From assembly GCA_020536535.1 (NCBI GenBank), contig JAHLWZ010000968.1, positions 1 to 36,078 of the forward strand: a DNA stretch of 36,078 nucleotides. Reading direction: 5' to 3'. The first letter of the stretch is position 1, and each line of letters opens with the position of its first letter. Source of the stretch: Pelomyxa schiedti. Its lineage: Eukaryota > Protista > Evosea. Below are positions 1 through 8,524 of this stretch, in pieces. The notes below the pieces were generated by a model. The model searched no databases. It saw only the letters and a list, made by a program, of their open reading frames with translations, and was not told where the DNA came from. Both the position numbers and the translations under genes were made by a program.

Positions 1-1018
1 CAAGGTAAGGTACTCTTAGTAAATGAATATGACTAAGTGATTCAGTCTCAGAAAACCACTGAGAGAGACTGTGAGACCAAGAGTCCTGAGAGTGTCAACA
101 GTGATACAGATGGGAGTGTCAACAGTGACACTGATGAGAGTGATGTTGAGAGTGTCAGTGGTAGCAAGGACACTGAGAACAGTGCATCAATACCTGATGG
201 CTCACCAAAACACGAGTCAAGAAGAAAAGCATCTAAAAGAAAAGGAAGAAAGAGGAAAACAGATAGTACCAAAACAAGAAGCAGTGAGAGCCCTCATCCA
301 ATTCTTTCTCTCATTTTACCCAAGTAGACAAGTTCGAATTCAAAAAGTCATCTGTCAACAACTGTTGGGCAGTCGCATCAACACAAAGGTGAAAGTTCAT
401 CAATTGACCCAGTTGGTCAATAGTATTCTTCTGGATATCATGATAAACAAAGCTTATTGTTAAGTACACTATCATACGTTCTTTAGTGAGTTAACACATG
501 GTGGAGGTAAGCGATTACGGTCCCCATGCCAAAACTTAGAAATGGTCCATTGGGTGGAAGAACGACGTTGACTAGCACAAAGTGAAAAAATGAAAACTAA
601 AACGAAAGTGAAAGTGAAGGCAAAGGCAGTGTGGAGGAAGATGTAAACGATGATTGATGGAAAACGCAATGATTCACAAGGGCAGCCCACAGTAAACTAT
701 GCAACCGAGTGTGCCCAACAAACGCGAGGAGTCTGAAAACGGAGGTATCATCCCCTCGTCAGTATGGACAAACACGTAGCGATGTTGTCCTCGAGTGGTG
801 CAGTGCCAGCAAATACTACAGCGGACACAGCAAGCAGGATCAGCAGTGGCTCTCAAGGGAGCACATTTGAAGATGTCAGCCACCCAGAAGACTCCAAGCT
901 CAAAAAACCCCCAGGTTTGCAGTTCAAACAGGTGTATATTGACTCATTTCTTCCACCCGTTCTTGTGGCATTACTTTTCTGCCAATCCTCCTTCTATCGA
1001 GGAGCAACTTCCTTTTCC
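1..1018 (+). other. Fragment of a low-complexity (Ser/Asp/Lys-rich) spliced gene, possibly decayed; 5' end outside the window
   Basis: GT..AG intron at about 5-45, then exon SQKTTERDCETKSPESVNSDTDGSVNSDTDES...RRKASKRKGRKRK with a 24-nt internal duplication near 90-137. Downstream frames contain stops and I could not build a clean model. Confidence 0.3.
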
Positions 1019-1020
1019 TA

Positions 1021-1211
1021 CAGGGGAATGCGATTGGGGTGGGAAAATGAGCAGCGAGTTTGCGGGAAAAGATGTGGTAAAAGCAGGAAGGAACGCAGAA
1101 AAAGACACGGGAAAAGCACGGGGAGGGCTTCTAGAATGGGTGTTCTGTCTGGGGCCAACCGACGTGGGGGTCTTCGTTTCAAACAAAAAAAAAAACACAA
1201 AATAAAAAAAA
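1021..1211 (+). repeat. Left terminal inverted repeat (191 bp)
   Basis: Reverse complement of 4003-4193 with 6 mismatches by hand alignment (1075, 1094, 1107, 1108, 1147, 1198). Confidence 0.95.
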
Positions 1212-1233
1212 ACCCCACCTGTGTAGACTGCAA

Positions 1234-2682
1234 ATGAGTAATTCGTACCCATGCTATGTTGGAGACGGTGTCTACTATGAGGGTTTGGTGACTTCAGAAA
1301 GCCAGGGTACATTTGCGATTTCCATTCTAACCCTCACAATCACAATCACAAGCACCAAGCCCACTGCCATTAGTCCCAGAGCCCTGTACTCCTCTCCCAG
1401 CCTCACAAACGCCTCAAGGTAGGTTTCACTCGAACTCTCAGGTGCCTCACTGTTTTCTTTAGGCCGCAAGAAGAGAGCAGCCTCACGGAAAGCCAAACCA
1501 GCAGCTCCACCCACAGATGAGGTGTTGACACCATCATTGAACTGCTTTTGGTGTAGCTGCCCTGCACACACCATCAGACATCGGCCCAAGAGCACTGGTA
1601 TGCCCTCCACCTTGGAATAGTAAATCAAACTTACTACCTTACAGCTTCCAACCAAACTGTAACAATACAATGCCGATGTGATTGCAGTGGCCATTCAATA
1701 CGACCCTGTTTTGGTTGGTCATACAGCCTGCCTTTCTTTTCATTTACCAGTATTAAGCTTGTACCAAGTGCCATTCACTTGCGCAGAATGGTTTACTTTG
1801 TGTATGCCAAATACCAAAGGTTGATCCAGCAGCAACAAGTTGCCCTCGTTGTTTGCTTCCCTACTGTACTTGCAAGTACATGGTTTCCTTCTTTTCTTAT
1901 GAGTAACCAATCACAGTCGGTGTCAATGCCACTGTGGGGATTTTGCCCCTGAAGCACATGAGTTTTGGTTGGATTCTGAGAGAGTTTCCTACAATCGTAT
2001 AGTGCAAGACCGACTCCAAAAGACCAAAAAAGAACAAGAAGCATCTGCAAGGGTTGCAGCTATGCATCAGTTCCCTGTCTTGCAGAATATGCTGAAAGTG
2101 GCTGCAACCAAGAATGCCCAGGCAATGAAGGTGCTGCCTGTGGAGATGCTGTATAACTAGTTTGCAGGTCCACTGCCTGAATCAGCTCTCACACAAGTGC
2201 AAGCACCCAATGCTATAATCCCAGAACCAATTCTTCCAGCAGTCCATAACCCTGTGACCATCATTACTGGTGCATCGAATACTACTACCCCTTCTGCTGC
2301 TGCACCTCAAGCTCCTCCTGCAACTATTGCAGTTGTCCCACCCAGTGCTAAAAAGCTGCGAGTTGAGTCCCCTGTTGTCCCTGTTCCAGGCGATGCACTC
2401 CAAGCAGTGACTGAGTTATGTCAAGCTATGTCAGATTCCTCAGAAGAAAGGAACCGCTTTGTATTCACCTTCTTTCAACAAGTTGTTACCAGTTATCAAA
2501 GGTATACACTGGCTCTAAGTTCAAGCTGACTAATTGTTTGTAGCAATGTGAAAATCTTCCAAGGAGAGCCAAAGAAGGTACTTAAGAACTTCACAAAGTT
2601 TGTGGACTGGCAACTTCCGGGTCTCGCACAAAAAATCACCAAGCACCCGGCATCAAACCCTCCGCCAACATCAAACAGCTAA
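1234..2682 (+). CDS. Transposon passenger gene: spliced Cys-rich (putative Zn-binding) protein of about 384 aa, function unknown
   Basis: Hand model with GT-AG introns 1307-1352, 1419-1462, 1598-1644, 1714-1757, 1876-1916, 2131-2160 and 2502-2543 gives an open 385-codon frame. It contains CFWCSCPAH, CRCDCSGH, CFACTKCH, CVC, CPRC, CTCNRCQCHC, and basic motifs GRKKRAASRKAK and PSAKKLRV. Introns 4 and 6 are the least certain. Confidence 0.65.
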
Positions 2683-2695
2683 GTCTCACTTTCCT

Positions 2696-2775
2696 AAAAA
2701 AAAATTACTTTTACCGGATTCGAACTAAGGATCGACGGTGAAATAACCAAATATCATCCGCTTCACTAAAAGTTT
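2696..2775 (-). ncRNA. Degenerate tRNA-like (tRNA-Glu TTC-like) Pol III cassette
   Basis: Minus strand has A-box TAGTGAAGCGG (2768-2758), a TTTCAC loop-like segment, B-box GTTCGAATCC (2725-2716) and a T9 tract (2704-2696), at tRNA-like spacing. Cloverleaf stems pair poorly, so this is not a canonical tRNA. Confidence 0.5.
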
Positions 2776-2796
2776 TTAGAAGAAGGACTCTTTGTT

Positions 2797-3997
2797 TTAG
2801 TAAGGATGAGATGTAAGCCCTGGGACTAGGTAGTGACACCCCGACGTGAATTTTTGAACCAGGTGCGGGGAAATTAGGGTGGTTGAAGAGTAAAGGTACT
2901 GTTCCAGGTTTGATGCATTAATCAAGCCCTGATGAACTCGCAAGTTGCGTTTAATCTCAGCAAAGCAATTCTCAATCCATGCTAGATCAGGGCTTGAATG
3001 GGGACTAGAAGAAGAATTAGTCACAGAAGGAACTGGGAACTGAAACCGAGGGATTAAGAGATGCCCCTGGCTTTTGACCAGATCGAAAATTTCTGTGGCC
3101 AGGTGTGCCCTGTGGTTATCCATCAAAATCACGCGATGTTGATGGAGCAGTGCTGGTAGCAACATGAACTTTAACCAAAGGTAGAAGATGGAAGTGCACA
3201 GAGTTTTTGGAAACACCCAGGGTGCAACAGCACCCTGATTGACATCAGCGGCCATAATCAAGCTGAATCTCTTTGATTGTGCAGGCTGTTAAAGTGTTAC
3301 AAGTAATGGATTTAATAGATGCTAACCATTGGAGTCCTCACAGCCTGTCCCACCAAGGAATGGCCCATGCGCCTGACTGTAGAGAGCAAATCACATCCCA
3401 TTTCATCTAGGTCAATCAGAACCTCAATTGGCAGGCCAAAAATCCTAGAATTCAATGCGGGGATGGATTGTGGGAGAGAGAGATATTTCAAAGGTTCTTA
3501 CCCTGGGGGATTGTTAAAAATTGTGTGAGAGAACCATGCTTGTCTTGCAGCTTCATTTCTCTCCCCAATAATTTTTCCAACTGTAAAACGAAGCACAAAC
3601 CCAAGCTTCTTTGTTGCCCGACTAATCTGCCAAACACTGCATTGAAGTGATGAAAATACAAGCCTTGTACTTACTTCACATCCTCGCCTGTCACAATCTT
3701 GAGAAATTGACATGCCTCCTCCCTGGAGACAGTTGGGTACATCAGCTCCAGCCAACATAATGCATACAGAGCAAGGAAGCTCATTTTCATGGGGCGGCCC
3801 CCAGCATGTGGCACAAAAGACACCCCTAGAGTTGTTCCATCATCACAGTTCGAAAAGGTGTTGGGGGTACCTGAATTCCACCATCGATAGATTGTGCTCA
3901 CACTGACTCCAGCTTCTTTGGCTAGATCTGTTGCGGTAGTGTCTGGCAGAGTGAGACGGTGCAGAACCGATCTGCGCTTCCAGAGGGGGTAGCTCAT
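2797..3997 (-). CDS. DD34E transposase (Tc1/IS630 superfamily), 340 aa, 4 introns
   Basis: ATG at 3997. Removing introns 3637-3674, 3445-3501, 3286-3326 and 3005-3046 leaves 1,023 nt in one open frame. N-terminal HTH ATDLAKEAGVSVSTIYRW. Catalytic motifs IDLDE, MDNHRAH and SPDLAWIE, with 34 residues between the second D and the E after splicing. Confidence 0.92.
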
Positions 3998-4002
3998 TTG
4001 GA

Positions 4003-4193
4003 TTTTTTTTATTTTTTGTTTTTTTTTTTGTTTGAAACGAAGACCCCCACGTCGGTTGGCCCCAGAAAGAACACCCATTCTAGAAGCCCTCCCCGTGCTT
4101 TTCCCACGTCTTTTTCTGCATTCCTTCCTGCTTTTACCGCATCTTTTCCCGCAAACTCGCTGCTCATTTTCCCACCCCAATCGCATTCCCCTG
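4003..4193 (-). repeat. Right terminal inverted repeat (191 bp)
   Basis: Inverted copy of 1021-1211, followed by TA. Confidence 0.95.
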
Positions 4194-4273
4194 TACTAAA
4201 CGAAAAAGCAAATCTTTTAATTAATTTCGCTTAGGAGAAACGGAAAGCGAAGTGACACGCAACAGAGTATCAA

Positions 4274-5638
4274 CTACAGGATTGGGTAAGAGATGGCCTC
4301 AGCAATTCCGCACATGTCGGTGCCCCTTTCTATGCGCTGTGTGTTGATTAGTTACAGAAAGGGATAATAAATTGGGGATTATGAGACATACGATGTATCC
4401 CTTTTCTCCCCACGTTGCACCCCAGCTGTTCTTTACTTTCCAGTATGGTGTGCCTGCATCAGTACCGTATCCAACAAGAAGAACGACGTGGTTCAGGACA
4501 CCACCGGTGCATAGTGGGTTCTTCATTATTCCGCCGGTGTAGCTCTGTGCACTTGTAAGTGAAGTTATTCAGCAAGCACAATTAATGCTTCATTCAAGCG
4601 AAAATGGAATGTATACACACGCTGAAGTAATTGGCATTGAGAGCAATTGAAAGCGGACCAACGTTCGCAAGAACGTCGATGAGAGCAGTCTCATCGTAGG
4701 CCTTGGTATCAGTGTTCTGAGTGACGCATGCATAACCGCTGATGGAATATGTTGTGCTGAAGGTCTGGGTGGAGGGGCATTCGTATACATCCTTCACTGA
4801 GTATGGGAACTCACTCTCCAGTGGAATTCCGTTGACAATGTGAGTGGGAGATGCGGCGTTGGAAAGGTCTGGATGAAATAAGCTCAATGGAAACAAAGAG
4901 GATTGGACGAATACACACCATCAAATGCAGTCCATGGCCATCCACCATTGCATCCGTTATTGCATACCGTTGTGTTTACCTTGTGGTAGATTTCAGTAGT
5001 GCACCCACGGCTGCACCCAGCAATGTATGCCTCTGACAGAGAGTCAGTGCCAGTTTTGCCCCAGCCAGCGAAGCCAGCCTGTTGGCCAATTTGGCCCTCG
5101 ATTGCCTCAGCAGTGGAGAAAGACCAGCAGCTTCCGCAGGAGCCTTGGTTCTTGACAACTGTGACAACATTTGCATTTGTGCTCCAGTCCAATGAATCTG
5201 CGGCTATTGCGCGACGGCCTTGTGCGGGGGTTGGAAGATAATCAGCCATGATGAGGCATGACTTGGCAAAGTATGTTGGATCAGCCGCCGGCATCAAGTA
5301 TTGGCTCCTGAACCTAAACCGAAAGGTGAGAAGTTAATAATGTGGAAGGGGAAGCACTCACTCCTCATCAGTGATGTCAGAGAACTGCGTCTCACCATGC
5401 ACGTTGTTGATCTGATTGAGCTGAGCAGCCTTGCGCATGTTTGACTTGTAAACCTTGAGCCTGTGCATATACTCGGCACCCTCGTAGTGCTTCCCATACC
5501 TTTTTTGTTGTTAACTCTTCCATGACAGTGGTGCAAAAAAGAAGGAAAGAGTGTGTGTTACTTTGACAGGAAGCGATCAAATTGCTGGTCGGCAAGAACA
5601 ACTGTTGCCAACAGAACGAGAACAAAAACTGCTTTCAT
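4274..5638 (-). CDS. Papain-family (C1A) cysteine protease with signal peptide and I29-type prodomain, multi-exon
   Basis: Signal peptide [16 protein letters not shown]; prodomain-like [12 protein letters not shown]...[12 protein letters not shown]; catalytic motifs [21 protein letters not shown] and YWKVKNSWG; GCNGGWP; C-terminus [20 protein letters not shown]. Confidence 0.95.
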
Positions 5639-6063
5639 GTGTGCTTCTTTGTTGTTTATTTGTTTCTTTGTTGTTTTCTATTCGTTGGGAAAATGGAAAA
5701 GAAATTCTGTCTTTAAATGGCCAAAACATGAACAAATCTCATTCTTTGGGGCAAGCCCAGAACTTCTGGAGAACAGGCAACATTTGGGGAATCTAATGCT
5801 TGGGGATTATCTGGCTTCTTCCCGGGAGTCCCGGTGTCCTAATTCAGCTGATGTGCCCCCCACAACTAGTTCGACCCCACATTCCGGAATGGAAGGGCCG
5901 AAATTCCGCGAAAACAACCAATGGCTGGTAACGCTGCAATCTGCCTTGGGCACTGAAGGTTACTCAGGGCACGGCGCCACATTCGTTCTTCGAGGCTGCC
6001 GCGGTTTTGGTTTTTCCCAAGCAAAAAAGCAAAGGCCTCCAGGGGATTTCACCTAACACAAAG

Positions 6064-6551
6064 ATGAGTAACAAGGAGGCGGCAACGCAGCAGCACGTCA
6101 GGCACCGACGACGCCCGACACAACAACAACAAGATGCACCATCGGAGGGACCAGTGGCGTTTGTTGCCCCCGACGAAGACGATGTCGAAGTAGACGGAGA
6201 GGGAGAGGGAGCGGGAGGAGCGAGCAACGAGGAGCAGGAGGAGGAGGAAGTGGTGGTGGGCAGCAAGGCCAAGGCGGCGGGGAGACACCGAGGCAACAAA
6301 GGAGGCCGCCACCACCACAAGGAGGAACAGGAGGAGGAGGAGGAGGAGGCCGCGGTAGTGGTACTCGACGACCAAACAGAGCACCCCGGAGACGCCGGCG
6401 GGGAGCCCCCCCCGCAACAGACGAAGAAGAAGAAGGGGGAGAAACCAGCCAAGGGCCGGGGCAAAGGGAAGGGGAAGGGGAAGGGGAAGGGGAAGGGGAA
6501 GGGGAAGGGGAGGGGCAGAGGCAGGGGCAGGGGAGGCAGAACACTGCTGTC

Positions 6552-6585
<34 letters not shown>

Positions 6586-8462
6586 TCAGAGTCCCCGTAT
6601 GAAGAGGAATCCAGCGGGAGCGAGTACCGCGAGGACACCGACGGGAGCGGCAGCGACAGGGAAAAGAAGAAGCCCGCCGAAAAGCCCAAGTCCAAGAAGC
6701 ATCACGGCTCGAAGAAGGAAAGGACGCAACAGGAGGCGGAACCGGAGCCCGAGCAAATACCTGCCAAAGAAACAAACGAGAAAAAACCTATCAGGAGTGC
6801 TCCTGTGGCCCAAAAGCAAGAAGCTGATATGCGCAGAAAAGATACGCAGGCTAAACCCCAGGCAAGCCACAGCACCCCAAAGTCAAAAGGCGGAAAAACC
6901 GCCTCACCTGAGACAGAGATAGCACAGGTTACAACCCAATCACAATCTGGTGAGAAGCTTTGTGTTCCATCCCCCAAAAGGCATAGACCAGCTGCCTCTC
7001 TTGTATCATCTGCACCTGAGGCTTCCCGTTCTTCCCCTCTCGCCCCTCGTTCTCCACAACCAGTAGCTCTCAAATCCAGTCCCTTGCTTGCTGAACCCAA
7101 CATTCCGACATGCACGGTACACGCCACATGCATTTTTCTGATTCGAATTGTTTGATCTTAACATTCGCAGACTTGCGCGGAGTTAGAACAAGTTGTTGCA
7201 GGAATGAAACGCGAATACGATCTATTAACAAAGGTATTCTATTTTGCCTAAAATTCCATTATGGCAAACAATACACCACAGAGTTATAACCAAGCTCTGA
7301 GTGATGTTGACGAGAAACTCCTTGGTTTGTTGACAAAATTCCCTCATTTTATACACCCATATTTCCATTATAGTGAGCCAGGAGATGATCGACAGTGTAC
7401 TCTGTGAAAACAGTGACATCAAAGCTAAAGGTAAAACCAACGTTTACTTGCCCATTTCTAAGATTGGTGAAGTGGACATTCTTGAAAAGGAAAGGGCAGC
7501 TTTACTTGAAAAACTTAAACAATTAGAGCAATTACCAAATACTGCCCCCACACCTGTACCAGCTGCATCTACATCCGCTCCAACACAGCCGCAAGAAGTG
7601 ATTAAACCGCAGGAAGAGCCAAAAGCAGAACCGAAGCCACCCAGCACACCTGTACCGTCTTCAGCAAAGAAGCACCCCAGGCGCTCCAGTATTGCTTCCG
7701 CCAACGTTCCCGCCACACCTGATCCTACTATTTCTGCATTGAGGGCGCAGGTTCAGTTATTTTCAAAGGTACATACCGTAACTCTCACGTTAGTGCCACT
7801 CAAACTCTTTAGATGTTGGGAATCAGTGTTGTTCCCACTGCCGGAAATATGTTCACCTGTGAAATAGTTGGCGCCGCCTTAAGTACGCTCTCCATTACAA
7901 TCTTCGCGAAATGCGGGGACAACTGGGAATAACTTGCACTAACTATGACAACAGAAATGAAGTTCACACTCCACGTGGAGGACAACGAAATTGAATATGA
8001 CTTGCTGCTGTGCGACGAGCTTTCAACCGGTATTTAACCCCCAATTTGCATAGCAACACCGGAAATTCCGGATTCTTACCCCCGAACCCAAAAGGTGAGA
8101 GCGGCACCAACAGGCTGCCGGAAATTCTTCAAGGCAAGCTCGGGTTCCAGCCAAACGAGATGCCGGTCTTCACCTACTCGCTCCTATCAGTGTTGCTCAC
8201 CGACACTCCCGCCGCACCACCTGACATCTCAGTCATTTCAACATCCCCTCCACAGCAACAGCAACCATCAACACCACCAACAGCAACAGAAACAGAAACA
8301 ACCGCACAAACAACAACAACAACAGCAACAATAATCCCATCCACGCCACAACCACCTCCACAATCACCTCCCCCTCGTACTCCATCATCATCATCAACAG
8401 CAAGCACCCCGGCACCAACACAGTCCTCAGTCAAGATGCCCGCAACAACCAACAATCTATAA
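6064..8462 (+). CDS. Coiled-coil protein with a long acidic and GK/GR-repeat N-terminus; candidate Csm1/Pcs1 (monopolin) subunit
   Basis: The spliced C-terminal domain ALRAQVQLFSK|MLGISVVPTAGNMFTCEIVGAAL|KMKFTLHVEDNEIEYDLLLCDELST|GESGTNRLPEILQGKLGFQPNEMPVFTYSLLSVLL resembles, from memory, the Csm1 RWD-like domain and is preceded by coiled-coil exons. The gene is well supported; the identity is tentative. Confidence 0.55.
6459..6585 (+). repeat. Coding microsatellites (GGGAAG)n and (GAC)n
   Basis: Encode a GKGKGK...GRGRGRG tract and an 11-Asp run. Confidence 0.9.
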
Positions 8463-8524
8463 TCTTGTGATGCGAATTGAGCTTTTCTTGCTGTGTTTAT
8501 CCAAAAAAGTTTGGTTTGGCGTTG

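Larger units (their letters stand above)
1021..4193. mobile_element. Complete Tc1/mariner/IS630 (ITm) DNA transposon, 3,173 bp, two genes
   Basis: Begins CAGGGGAATGCG and ends CGCATTCCCCTG. TA flanks both ends (1019-1020, 4194-4195). 191-bp terminal inverted repeats enclose a DD34E transposase. Confidence 0.95.

Noticed and set aside
764-1237. Duplicated MRLGWENEQRVCGKRCGK peptide (also in ORF 3671-4186)
   Set aside because: It is read-through of the two TIRs. The transposase most likely starts at ATG 3997.
1234-2682. Fanzor/TnpB identity for the passenger gene
   Set aside because: No RuvC motifs are visible and the Cys cluster is far larger than the TnpB zinc finger.
2696-2775. Functional tRNA-Glu gene
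   Set aside because: The anticodon, D and T stems do not pair adequately. Kept only as tRNA-like.
5860-5885. B-box-like GTTCGACCCC in the divergent promoter region
   Set aside because: No matching A-box, cloverleaf or terminator was found.
5964-7133. Long antisense and alternative-frame ORFs here and over the cluster genes
   Set aside because: They are shadows of GC-rich or low-complexity coding sequence with no independent motifs.
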